This document shows, in pieces, positions 1 to 13,159 of a DNA stretch of 64,000 nt. Every line of letters begins with the position of its first letter. Position 1 is the stretch's first letter. Both the position numbers and the translations under genes were made by a program. The notes under the pieces are model-generated. The model saw only the letters and a list, made by a program, of their open reading frames with translations, had not been told where the DNA came from and searched no databases. Source of the DNA: Marsupella aquatica (lineage: Eukaryota > Plantae > Marchantiophyta). The DNA is taken from positions 22,271,168-22,335,167 of the forward strand of contig OZ316891.1 of assembly GCA_973895155.1 (NCBI GenBank), written 5' to 3'.

Positions 1-986
1 GTGAATAAGTTGGTGGACTGTCGTGAATAAGTTGGTGGACAACACAGATCATATATCCTGCAATTCATCTCAGCAATTTATTAATCACCACATTACCCAC
101 TCAATAGAGACTCCTGATCAGTTTTCAATGATGACTGATGTAGATATGGAGTCTGAATTCGAATCTACTTCAGAAGGACAACACAACCACCAGACGAGCG
201 AGACGCATTGAGAAACAATCCCTTCCACAAAAACCTACTGCACCGTAAGCATTCTCTGGATTGGCTAGTAGACCCCTCCGTTTGTGGTCTATCCTTCGCC
301 TCATCTGAGTTTGCACTATACAATAAAAAATTCATTCAGGGACAAAAGGAAACTGCATTGCAGTTACGACAGTATCCAACCTTTCCAATCCCTCGAGTGA
401 ATAGTAATGTTCCAAAGCATCAAATATCAAAGCAAAAACTTCCAAGGTACACTCTTTCTTCGGCCTATGGAGCTTTCTTCACTTTTCTTCCTGTTGCTTA
501 GCTACATTGCAGTTCCTGGCCTGGTCGCGTATAATACTTCTGTTGCATCTCCTGTATGAGATTGTAATACCAATTCCTCTTTGGATTGGTGCTTCACGCT
601 TATCACTGGATTTTTTTATTGCATTATAGGAATTTGATCACAAAAAATTAGACTCGTTTCAGTGAGTCGTAATGGCATCATCGCACGTTCACTTATGGCT
701 GATGGAACCAGCTTTTACATGGAAGGTTGTGCATCTAAACTCTACCGTACTTATATTGCACGGGACGATATGAACTTATCAACTTGCAGCAATGTAGATT
801 GAGGAATACTCTCGATACTTGACGAAAAGGCTCCTCAGGAGGAAAGGTTGATCACTGATACATATGTCAAGTTTGCGTTTGACAACCTCAAAAACACCAT
901 CAGCATCCAGTATCCAAATCTCGCTTACGACTATACAAAACTTCATACTATATACGGAAAAGCAAGCTCGCCCCTAAAGGGTATTT

Positions 987-3900
987 TTATGGGATGGGAG
1001 AACTCCTCGTGCGCCTCAGTCTTCCACCAGACTTGAAGCCAGGTGGAGGACGGGGAAGGACTAGAATTGCTGCAATGCCCCCCAACAGTGCTGATAAGGA
1101 TCCCAGAAGAAACGATGGCAGATTCCCTCCACCAAATATGGCATCAAAAGGCCCGCTGCCAACCGATACTACCACCTGGGGAAGAACAACGGCGAGATTC
1201 AACACGCCCATGGACAAACCTGCACAAATTTAAACTCCTAGATTAGAAACATCCTTAGTTGTTTGCATGCTCCATCGTCAAAACAATACTCCCAATTCCT
1301 TGACTCTGGGTAAAAACTAATGCATTTGTGCTCCATTAATAAGTCAGCAGTGCAGCCACAACGCAGTTACAGAGTCGAGCTATTTCCCAACACAATGTAG
1401 TTCAAGTACAATGCAACTGGTGCACTGAAGGGCAAATATTGCTCGTGCTTCAGAAAACACGTACAGGGATGAATCTATGTGGGAGCTCAGCTGAAAGCCC
1501 AAGGTGATCACATTTTCCACACTAGTCCCGTGAAGATTCTCGTAAGCGAATGATACTACGTACCAACAAGCAAACTTGAGAGGGTTTTCGCTGTCTAACC
1601 TTGACCGCCTCCGGACTTCTCTGCGTACGTTGCCGTCAGTGCGTATGGAACACTGTAAGTCACCTGCAAGACCATCAATCACCCACCGATTGAATATCAG
1701 ACAACAATTCACAACGACCTCTCATTACCCAGAACATCACCTGATCAGGAGAAAATTCAATCAGCATGAATCTTCAGGTTAAAGTGAGCTTACTGCAAGA
1801 GGGATTCCAAGAAGGCCAAAAACTGCAAGAGCCGCAATAATAATAGTATCCGGAGGGCCCGTGTATCCTTCTTTGAGAGAAGCATTTTTTGCCTCCATTG
1901 TGATAATGGCAGTCGCTGCAAAGCAAAGGGCCATGATGGCATTGCCCAACCCCCAGACTCGGCTGGGTCCAAGCTTCCGACACATGAAATCAATCATCAG
2001 GGAACTGAGACCCAACACAACAGAATTCAGCATAAGACCCAGCGCACCCATGTGAACCCCAGCATAGTACAACACGGATAGTTTATCCGACTCCGATCCT
2101 GTCGGCTCTCCAAGGTATACCTCCCGGCCCATCCAGTCTGTGTCGAAGAGGAGGAAAGGGAACCATGCCAACCATGTCAGAGCGGTAACCAAAAGAATGT
2201 ACCACATTGTGCGGGGAAGATCTCTAAGTGCAACAACCAGCTCCCAGAAGAGAGCCTCGGAGGCCTCTTCGTCGTCCTCGTCGTCGTCCTCCGGATCCTC
2301 CACTTTGGCCACCTCGTCTCTGGATGGTTGCCCATTGATCGGCTTATCACTGAGCAGCGGAGTAGAGGGGTCATTGACAATGGATTTGCTGCTGCTCTGA
2401 GGGCTCCAAGGAATCTCTTCAGCGGCAGTGACACTGAGGACTGTAGTTATGAGTAGCAGAATGGTTCCCAAGAGGAAGGCAGACTTCAAATTTGCACAAG
2501 GGGTATCGCAAGCGTCGCTGAGAGTGAACGGCAACCACTTTCCCCAATTGTCATAAGCACCTGTGGCGAATCCCAAAACGTTGCCCACAGCCATGAACAG
2601 GGAGAAGAATGCATTCGCTCGCCTTGTTCTTTGCTGATCTTTGCCTGAAATAACACTCATCATGATCAGAATCATCACATTGTAACACCATCATCCATAC
2701 TGTTGGCAAACAGTGAGTGGTCGTAGGAACAGTTACAACCCTCAGCAAGGAATTATATACGATAACACATAACTTTGTCTCCGGGCGACACAGACGTGCT
2801 GTGCAGAGAATCTATCTCTGTACTGAACTTCAATCAAATCAGGTCGGACGACACGTCGTGACCTTGTTATACTTTATTCGATGTTGAACCCGAGAATTGG
2901 AGGAAAAGGTCAACCTCAAAAACCCATACAAGAAATAAAATATCTATCAACCAATCCACCCATCCATCAAGAGATAAAACAGACACCTCCAGTACAAGCC
3001 AAGAATGCGTCCCTCAAATCCAGAAGGGAAACTCGCTTCCCCCGGCAATCCAACATTCGCAGTCACACCACAACCAAATCCGGAACGCTTGGTGAGCTCT
3101 GAATCGAAGACCAACCTGAGAAACCCATACAGAAACTCCTCTATTGAAATTGAATACCGATCAACACAGTACGGATGGAAGACCCATCACAACGAACAAG
3201 AGAGACCAGAAGAAAACAGCGACATGGTTTCCCGACGGAAGACTTCGGGAAACCCGAGTAAACAAACAATCAACCTCTTCCGGTTTTAAATTTCGAAGAT
3301 CCATCGAGGCGGTCCTGCTGTGCAGAACCCCATTTGATTTCATACGACAACTTTGTCCATTTGGGAACCTCAACAAAAGGCGGTCAGCTCTTCCAAAATG
3401 CCAGAACGCTCAGCAGAGATTTACGGTCAACGGTGGTCACTACTGACTCCCAACTAGATGGCCTCTTCCAGAACGAGTACCCAGAACGCAGACCCCAGGG
3501 ATTAGGAAAGTACTGATCATAGTAAAAGAAAGGTATCAACGAGACGAAAATTGCAGAACTGTGTTCTGAGTAGAGAACGCTGGATCAGAACAGCGGAAAA
3601 ATATCTGAGGGAACAACCAATTGCACACACCTGTGTAATCAGCACAGAAAGGATGAATCATAACAAAGGAAAGGCATTAACGCGCAAGGAATTGTAGTTA
3701 CCGGTGTAATCAGCTAGCAATGCGCGGCAAGGGCCTTGAAGAGTGTTATTAGCGAGGTCCAGTAGCCAAAACCCAGCCACAAAGACGACAATGGCGCGAG
3801 GCTTCATGCTCCGAGTGAGATCGTCGCCAATCAGGTAACCTATGTCAGCCGAGTAGCCAATGGTCAAGACAGCACAAACCACAAGGATGGCACCGACCAC

Positions 3901-4170
3901 AATAAAAGGCCGACGTCGGCCATAGGAGCTGGTGCACTGGTCACTGTAATGGCCGATGATCGGTTGCACGAACATTCCAGAAATGGGGCCGCAGAGCCAG
4001 ATCAAACTCGCGAATTGGTGAGGAATCCCGAGCTCCTGCACATACGGTGTCAACAACGAGAGCTGCAGCGCCCATCCGAACTGGACTCCAGCTGCCACAG
4101 TTGCCACTCGAGCCAACGCCTTCAGCGGCACTCTGTGTTTCACCTTCCTCCGTCCCCTTTCTATCGCCAT
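987..4170 (-). CDS. SUT: Sucrose/H+ symporter (GPH family of MFS, probably type III/SUT4-like). 4 exons: 4170-3702, 2644-1794, 1663-1600, 1219-987; ~538 aa
   Basis: Diagnostic SUT motifs [76 protein letters not shown] and [17 protein letters not shown]. All three introns are GT-AG, and exon lengths 469+851+64+233 sum to an open frame. Confidence 0.95.
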
Positions 4171-4254
4171 TCTGCCCAGCTCTCCGTCTTCAAACCCACA
4201 GCAACTAAAATCAACCAAACTTCCGACCAAACACCCTTGAAAATTAGATGCCTC

Positions 4255-4700
4255 CAAGATCTTCGAATGCGAAAGCTCTTGTGCTCTTCCTCACAAAACT
4301 TACAGATCAAATACCCTGAGGGTTAGCCCCTTCGCTGATCTTCTATTGAGTGAGAGCTCTCCCTCACAACACCTCCCGACCCAAATGCCCTCAAAGTTAG
4401 ATCCCCCAACGATCTTCAATTGAGTGAGAGCTCTTCCCCACAACACTTCCAGACCCGAACACCCTTAAGACCTTCAATTGAGTGAGACCTCTTCCTCACA
4501 AAACGTCCAGGCCAGACGCCCTCAAATTTAGATCCCTCGAGACGTTCAATTCAGTGAGAGCTCTTCCTCGCAAAATTTCCAGACTAAATGCCCTCCAATT
4601 TAGATCCCTCGAGACCTTCAACTAAGCGAGAGCTCTTCCTCACGAAACTTCCAGACCCAAACGCCGTCAACTAAGATCCTCTCCCCGATCTTCAATTCTG
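4255..4700. repeat. Degenerate tandem array, unit ~60-75 bp, about 6 copies, immediately upstream of the SUT start codon
   Basis: Recurring block TTCAATTGAGTGAGAGCTCTTCCTCACAAAACTTCCAGACCCAAATGCCCTCAAATTTAGATCCC with substitutions in each copy. Confidence 0.9.
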
Positions 4701-5185
4701 TCTTGCTCTCAATTCATTCTCAGTGATCCTCCTCAACTCCAAATTATGCAATTCCAAATTCGGTCCAAGCTTTTAGCCCACCCCAACAAAACAAACCTGC
4801 TGAGCGAATCCTGACTTCACAACTGAGATTCCCTTTGTTCACAGCCCTACTTTGAACATCTCTCTCTAATCCACTCCTCTCCTCGGCTCCTCCTCTCTTT
4901 TCCATTGATCGACATTGAAGGGTGGAAAGCGGAAACGGGCAGACTGGAGAATTAAACGCCGAATCGTAGTACGGTAAAGATGAGTTCGAGCCCCTTTTTT
5001 TAATCGCTTATTTCGTGGGGGCGGCGTGGGAAAGGACGATATTATGGAGTGGGGATTTTCAGTACCCCCCTCAAAAGTAGCCTCAGTGCCAGCCCACCAC
5101 GTGTCAGCCCGCCTAGAACGGCTACCCGTAGCTGAAAAGCCGTACCGGGGGGTTTCCCTCTCTTCTCGTCCTCTCGTTGCCCCAA

Positions 5186-5685
5186 ATCACCCCTTTCCTT
5201 GAAAGTGTCTCATTTCCCGATATCCACCCCAAGTGATCAAGTGGGTCCCATACCAAAAGTGCGGGCACCTCGGGGAAGGACGAGACATTTTCTTCTTCTT
5301 CTATAAGTCACACTAATTACATATCACCTCTTTCCTTGAAGTGTCCCATCTCCACCCCAACTGATCAAGTGGGTCCCATACCAAAACTACGGGCAGCTCA
5401 GGGAAGGATAAGACATTTCCTTCCATAAGTCATGGGAAATCGCATCACCCCTTTGGTTGAAGTGTCCCATCACAACCCCAAGTGATCAAGTGGGTCTCAT
5501 ACCACAATGCGGGCAGCTCGGGGAAAGATGAGACATTTCCGTCTATAAGTGACGGGAATCATATATCACCCCTTTCATTGAAGAGTCCCGTCTCCACCCC
5601 AAGTGATCAAGTGGGTCCCATACCAAACCGTGGGCAGCTTGGGGAAGGAATGGGGAAGGAAGAGACATTTCCTTCTATAAGTCAC
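5186..5685. repeat. Tandem array, unit ~121 bp, 4 copies, plus a partial copy near 6143-6200
   Basis: Units start at 5186, 5323, 5444 and 5565. Each contains CACCCCAAGTGATCAAGTGGGTCCCATACCAAA...GGGCAGCTCGGGGAAGGA..AGACATTT. Confidence 0.92.
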
Positions 5686-7909
5686 GGAATGGAATTAAAT
5701 GTTGTCCATTGTGTAGGCGATGACTGCCGGTAGCCGGTTGGTGCAGGTTAGCTGCCCGCAGAATGAAGGTAAATATGTCAGAAAAGCCAATATTATCATC
5801 CAGCACTCCAAGAGGACATGGGCTGGTGGTAGACCCAAAGAGTGGGGTGAAAGAGGATCCAGGTTCATATGTGACATGCAATACTTCCCCTTTTTAACAC
5901 ACATCCTCCCCCAAAAGTGGGGTTCAGACTTCTCTATTGACACTAGTGTTTTTTTTATCCCACAGCAAAGTTAACAGAGATACTCCCCCAAAAGTGGGGT
6001 TCACTAGGAGCCAGTGACACTTAGAATTTTTTTCATTCAAGAAAAGGGAACTTGCATAGCAGTCTTAGTCAATGTTCACTCAGCTACAAGACAACATTAA
6101 ATGCAAAACACGTGACTCCTACAAGTGAAGGGCAGGCTTGTAAGTGTGATCAAGTAGGTCCCACACCAAAATGCGGGCAGCTCAGGGAAGGAAGAGATGG
6201 GCAGGTTTGCAAGTGACTCGCTGGCAGCTCCGAAAAGCAAAGAGGGGGGCATCAGGGCAGGCTCGAGGTTGCAAGTAAGACGAGACCGTGAAGCGCTTGC
6301 GGGCAGGATGGAGAGCAGCTCACGGGCAGGCTCAACATGCCAACATGGGCCAGTGCTGGGGTCAGGCAAGCTTGCTAATCTCGGGTAGCTTGGAAACTAA
6401 GCAAGAGCTCGAGATTGCATTGCCGGACGCTGAGGTAAGCAGGCTCAATAGTGCATTGCGGGTCTATGAAGGGCAAGTGGGCAGGCTTCAGACTAAATCC
6501 GAGACTAAATCGTGGGCCACTAGGGGGAGCGGTGAGCGGGCATGCACGAGAAGGAGGGAACAACAAGCTGGCTTGAGATGGGATCAAGGGCAGCTCGGGA
6601 AAGTGAAGAGCGGCAGGTTCAAGATCGCATGGCGGTTCCATGAAGGGCAAGAGGGCAGGCTTGAGAGTGAGGCCCAATTCACATGCAAGAGTCTTTACCA
6701 GCCCTATTTAAGCACTCCCTCAATGTTCAAATGAATGCAGATCTTGTTGTCCCCTTGGGGAAACGGCATGACTCAGCCCACTTTTCAACAAACCTTTTCT
6801 TACCCTTTGTATGAAACCCCTTTGGTAACCTCATCCAAATTTACTTAGCTCCTTACTCTCGAACACCATGCACCTTGGGGTGGTGGTGTGGTTTGTAAAA
6901 CTGTCCATTCAATATAATTGGATATTTGATAAGAGATGGTCCCTTCATATATCACTTCTGGGGACGTTGCACTGCTGGACCACATTTGGTCCCACCGTTT
7001 TGGACCCCAACCCATGCGTATTTGAGTTCTAAATAGGGTGGCAAGTGATCATGGCAACCAACATTATCTTCTCTTTGCCACTTCTTTTCATTACATGTGT
7101 CGTGGAGCTTTGTTTTATTGCAGATATTGAGGCCGGGACCCTACAAGGGCCGGAAACTTTTTGGCCCTTGCCCTTGGGACCCCACACTCTGCGCCGTTAG
7201 GCCTGGCACATGAGGGGGTGCTTCCAGAAAAGTCTTGCTCATTCACATCCTCACACGACTCAAGTTGAGGGCCATGTTTTGAAAGACCTTTCACGTGCAA
7301 GTTGGGCCTGAATCGCGGGCTGTCAAGGGAAGCAAAGAGCAAGCAGTCACAGATATAGGGAAGGGAGAGCGAGCAGGCTCGAGATGGATTGGGGGTAGCT
7401 TGGGAAAGTGAAGAGCATGCTTCACATTGCAATTTCATGAAGGGTCAGCAGGCAGGCTTAAGACTGAATGGTGGGTCACTAGGGGAAGCGAAGAGCAGGC
7501 AGGCTCCAGATTGTATCACAGTTTCACGAAGGGCGAGCGGGCAGGGATGACACTCAATCGCGGGTGGCTAGGGGAGAAGAAGCACAAGATACTGGGAAGG
7601 GCAAGAGGGCAGGCTTCAGATCCAAACACAAACAGCAAAGCTTAGGAGATTGTTGTAGCAGAGAAAGGGCATTGGACATGGAGAAGGGGCAGTGGAGAAA
7701 AAGCTGAGAGAGGGAACTAAACACTTCAGAGATATTTTGTGTTTATTTTTATCCTTTTCAGAATGGCACCACGTAGAGTAATGTGACAAACTATTTGTAG
7801 TGTGATATGATAGGGAGATATATGTCTCACATCTAATGTGCACCATTAATCTTCCAAATTCAAGGAGTACGATTGGATCTGGCAGCCAGAGTCCTGAATG
7901 AAGTAACGC

Positions 7910-8038
7910 AGTGACAAATTTGGTCCTTGTCATTTATTTTTTTCCTTTGAATATGTATGTAGCCAAAAATGAGTAAGGTAGTGACAAATTTGGTCCTTGT
8001 CATTTATTTGTTTCCTTTGAATATGTATGTAGCCAAAA
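7910..8038. repeat. Near-perfect tandem duplication of ~60 bp
   Basis: AGTGACAAATTTGGTCCTTGTCATTTATTT.TTTCCTTTGAATATGTATGTAGCCAAAA occurs twice, at ~7910 and ~7980. Confidence 0.9.
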
Positions 8039-11000
8039 TATTGGATGAGAAGTTATGAAAGCTACTTCTTGGGCCTAGTGTCTAGAATGAAACAGTGAGA
8101 CAATAACTCCACATGAGGGTATAACTGAAAATGAGGGTGTAGAGAGGGATCGGGGCAAACATGAATGGGGAAAGAAGGGAGAACCTTTTTTCTGCAAGGT
8201 TTATTTTTTCCTCTCCTCGCCTCATCTCTATTTATGTTCAAAAAACAGGTAATCTTGTTAGTTTTTGCAAAATTCTGCTAAATATTAGAAGAATCACTCG
8301 AGAGTATAATGTGAGAGAGTGGGCAAACTCAACTCAAGGGGAGAATGTGAAAAACTTCTACGGCCACTATTGACCTAAACCCACTCTTGACAGTACAACC
8401 ATTGGATTTCTCAGCATCTGAGATGGTTGCCAAAATAAAAAGTAATAATGTTGACTCACCAGGATGAGCCGCGACTGACAATCAGGTCACATTAGTTCAG
8501 TTAAGTCAGACTGACCATACTGCAGGACTAGGGCTCCATATTAGGTAGGATTTCCATATTGCTCAGTTGGGTAAGTAAATGTTATTTAGCTTCAATCAGT
8601 CATAGGTGATCACTCTTTTTCCTCTCTATTTTCTATTGATTTAGTACAGATCATGCAAATAGTCTACGAACACTGTTAAATCAATGCATTGGGCACTTCC
8701 AAACAGAACATTGTAAAATTGTTCCCTATTAATTGGCCAAAACTTTATCCAGTCTTTTCCAGGGTCTCAATATTTTTTTGACCATATAGAAAAGGGGGCT
8801 CAAGTTCTGTCACTAGCTTAACAAAATAGACTTAATTAGTAGATGAGTGACTCTTGAATTGGAGGGTAAATGGTTGCATTATCTTAGAAAGTTTCATTCC
8901 ATTGTCTTAATCTTGTTCAATGCTTGGTCTTTCTTTAAATGGTTAGATAAATTGGTTGGGACCCACTAAAATAAAATGAAAGTAAGCAATCCTGGGTATT
9001 GAAGGTAGCCTTACTCTTTACTCTAATGAACTAGCTCCCGGAAGAAGTGTTGTAGCTTCCAAACAAACACAGTACCAGTGTCACATTTTGTCTTTGGATA
9101 TACATTCAATTAAGACTATTATGTCATTTACAATAGGAGTTGATCAAAGTGAAAATGTATGGTGTTCTAATATCATATATATTATAAAGTTGTTCTTCAC
9201 ATCCTATCTTTCAAAATCCCTACTGTTCTTTCACAAAGAGTTTTAAGTCTATTCTATGCTTCATTGCACATGACATGTCATTTTTGTGGAAGTGAGCACC
9301 GCCCCCAGAGCATAACATTTCAATCATTAATTAATGTGCAGCATCATGAACAGGACTAAACTACAGCTCCCATCACCACAACATATGACAAGATGCTAGT
9401 ATGGAACATCACAAATGAATGCACATGGTCTATGAAACATGACTTTTTCTCATGTTACACCTTTCCTTAGAGTACATTCATGTCCCACCTGCAAATTTAG
9501 TTACAACATTTGACGTAGACCATTAGAATGTTCATCACACAATTGAAGTGGCAGATTTTATATTATATCTTAGTAGCTCATAATTTGTGCCCTTGGCATG
9601 GGCGAAATAGTTATCCTTTGTTTGCCTCTTAGTTGTCCTCTCCTCACCTATCACACTCTCTCTGTCTTGAAAAAATGCATTACGTGACAACAAAAGTGCA
9701 GCCGTCCTATCCCTCTGCTCTGATGTTGTGAGTTGATTTGAGCTCTTGTTCTTGTTCAGTTTGAGTCACTTGTTGAGTACCTCTTTTGCTTTTATTCTAT
9801 TGAGTTTTGTTTGCCCTTTTAGTAAATTTGTCCCTTCTAGGTACTTTCCTTTAGTATACATGCTTACCTTGTTGGGTGTCGAAAAATGTTTGGTGAAACT
9901 GCTATATGGTGAATCTATCTTCCAGTATTTTGTCTTATTCAAACTTCTTTTCTTGTGTATTTTAATTCAATGTGTCTTACCAAGGTGCATATTTGCCACA
10001 AAAAAATTAGATCACCTGTATTTCACTAAAAAAACTTAAACTTTTTGCTAGAGGACAAAATAATTTTTCATGTTCCAGGATGAGTATGCTATATGGTGCA
10101 ATAGAGGTCATAGGTCAAATGTTATCCTTAATCTGAGAATTAACTGTCAAAAGGTGACAAGTCGAACTAACAAATCTAGATATTTGGGGAATATTACTCT
10201 TTTGACTTGGAGTTATCCTGGCACACAAAAAAATATTATCATCTAATTAACCCCCTTTTTGTGCAGACTTTAAGAGATGGTCACACTATGGAAAGCCACT
10301 AAGTTACAGCATGAGAAAATATTAGACCCACGACCCGCTCATCACCCCTAATCCAGTCAACCTTGATCCAAGACTAAATAGATACTGTTGTTGCCAAGTT
10401 TTTGCCCAATGAGATATTGCCAAATCTAGATGAGCTGATAAGTAGCTGGGTAAAAATCCAGACACAATCGTAGTACTATTACGAAGAGATTTAGAGAAAA
10501 ACTCAGGATAAACTCCAAAGCAACAATGGGGCCCCTCACTTCTAATTAATATCATATCACTTGTGACGGTTGATAGTGGCATATAATTCAATTTTTAAGA
10601 AGTACAAAGAATCTATTTGGAAGTGGGGGCTGAAGGTTTCAAAATTGTCACGTTTCAACATGTGATTAGTTCCATGCCACTTATTTTTAAAGTTGATAAG
10701 GGTATCTAAAAGTAGTCCAAGCTTTTGCATATGTGGGGGGGGGAGGTTGCATTCAAATAGAGAGCTCCCTGAGAAGCTCAAATGAACTCTCAAAGTGCTC
10801 ATCGTATGAAAGTCATTCTAGTTAAAATACTATAATAGTGGTAATTAAGTTTGAGCTAAAAACAATTGAATAAAATGTTTTGGCACCCAGTGCAAAATAA
10901 TTACATTCCAAAAATGGTGGGCTGAATAAATATGCCGGCAGTTTTGGGATATGGAAAGGAAATTTAATTTGAGACACAGCAGCCTGAGAAACTTAACATG

Positions 11001-11725
11001 AGGGAGAATGTCTCACAAACCAGTGTTTTCTGTTGAAATGAAATAGGCCCCTAACTTAGGTTCTGGCTAGGTTTCAACCACATACTGGAGGAAGTTAGCT
11101 GAGATGGCATGGAACAAAATAGATAACCACCCACGAAATTCTGGATGGAAGTTATAATAATTTTCACCATACTACTAAGAGGGACATTTTCGTAGATCCC
11201 AAGCGAACTTGAAAATATTATCCTAGCAAAACGTCGTGATAGGATGGGTCCATCTAGGAATCCATAACCCAAAATAAATAAATATAATAATAAATGTACT
11301 ATTAAGAAACTCCGACACGTATCAAGGAACACGAAAATTGACACAAAATCAGAGAGAAATTCTAGCCCGTTGATCTCGAGATCGATGCACCTAGAATAAA
11401 TACGCTAGAAGTATCTTCTTAATATGGAACTTTGTCTTACAGCGAATGAAACATTCTCATCACCAACAATGAACAAAAGAATCGCCATCAAACTTAGGAG
11501 AAGTGTAAGCCGTCGATCTCTAGATCTACGATCTTTGAATAAAGATACTAGAAATATTCTCATCATTTCTGTATTCATTGTCGCGAAGGACGGTACTTTT
11601 TCCACATAATTTTAAGCGAGCTGCACTAATGTACCCTAAACATACTTGATACAGTACTTGCATTGACACTAATTATGTTTTTCCGGCTAATTGCGGTAGA
11701 TTCCCTCCCAAACCCAATCCCGAAA

Positions 11726-12230
11726 TGTGATAGCGAAGAATCGGTGACTAGCATGCTAAACTAGACGTAGTCCGAAATTAAAGGGGCGATTGTGATAGCG
11801 ATGAATTGGTGACCACGTGAGCTAAACTAACCGAGCAGTCCTGTATTTAGGCGCGCGCCTGTGATAGCGACGAATCGGTGACCACCTCCGGTAAAATAGA
11901 ATTAGTCCGAAATTAAGGCGGCGACTGTCATAGCGACGAATTGGTCACCACCTCCACTATAATTAAGCGAGCAAAGAAGTAGTCCTAAATTAAGGGGAGC
12001 GACACGATCGGCCTCTGCTAAATTGAGCGACTGTGATAACGATGAATTGGTACCCCCTCTGCTAAACTGAGAGTGAAAGAAGTATTCCAAAATTAAGGCG
12101 AGATAGCAAAGCATTGTGACCCACCTCCGGTAAACAAATCGAGTGTAGAAGTGGTCAAAATAAGGCAAGCGACTGTGATAGCGATGCATTTGGTGACCAC
12201 CTCTGCTAAACTGACCGAGCAAACAAGTAA
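11726..12230. repeat. Degenerate minisatellite, unit ~65-70 bp, about 7 copies
   Basis: TGTGATAGCGAYGAATYGGTGACCACCTC..CTAAACT...AGTCCGAAATTAAGGCG recurs at ~11726, 11791, 11860, 11926, 12032 and 12173. Confidence 0.88.
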
Positions 12231-12323
12231 CGCATTCACTGGATTTGCAATTAACTGGTTAGAGTAGTAGTTCCAATTGGCCCGTCCAAATTATCGGGAG
12301 TTATTGGGGTAATTGGTGGGTTC

Positions 12324-12760
12324 GAATAGGATAATGTCCTGGTTAGAGGCATTGTGTGATATAATGCCCGTAATTAGTATATTAATGTACTTAAAAGTTT
12401 GAGTAACTTTTTGGTAACAAATAATAAAAAATGAAACTATAAAATAGAAAATTCAAATTAAAAAGTCATCCAAGAAGTGGTTGCTATGGAATTAGCCAAA
12501 AATTTCATAAATATACGTTCTTTAGTTATATTAGATTCTATTCATAAACATTTTGTTAGTATCACCATATAAGATTTGGTTATCATCTTGAGATCTTGAC
12601 TAAATTTAATATTTGTTTGTGTGTGGTAAAATTATATTTAATTTTTATTTTTACTATATTTATGATGTTTTGTATAATTCTTTTTAAAAAAAAAGAGGGT
12701 GCATTATGGAGAATTAATGCACTCAAATATACAAAGAGAAAAATCACAAAAGTTTTTACG
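12324..12760 (+). mobile_element. AT-rich dispersed repeat, copy 1 (putative non-autonomous element)
   Basis: Collinear similarity to 27158-27589: GAATAGGATAATGTCCTG.TTAGAG, TTTAGTTATATTAGATTCT, ATTTGGTTATCATCTTGAGAT and GGGTGCATTATGGA.AATTAATGCACT. Confidence 0.7.
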
Positions 12761-13159
12761 TTTAAAAAAGGTAGAGATAGATTTCTCATTGGCCCTTGGG
12801 TTTGTGAGAGAATTTGGATTGGCAAATTGTTCATAAGTTCTATTTTGTGTATACGGAAATAATGATATGTAAATCAATAAAGTTGAGTGAGAGCAAATTA
12901 TAATCATTATGGAACACGGATAACATCAGGCTTCTATTTGGTGTTGCCCAAGTATGTAAGCTCGTGTGGAGTACATGATTCCATTTCTAGACCCGTTCTG
13001 AAGATACTATAATACCTCTAAGTTTCCATAGGATCTATAGATACATTTACGTGAATTAGGCTGACATGAATTTAGTGTAAAAAAGATTGCGTTTCATTCA
13101 AAGAATAAGTTGGGATCTTTCTGAGCTGAGAATGGAGATCCCATCTGAGATAGTGATGC

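Noticed and set aside
3658-4257. ORF-track start (4257) and stop (3658) for SUT exon 1
   Set aside because: The track start is a non-ATG codon. The ATG at 4170 fits the family, and the frame leaves via a GT donor at 3701.
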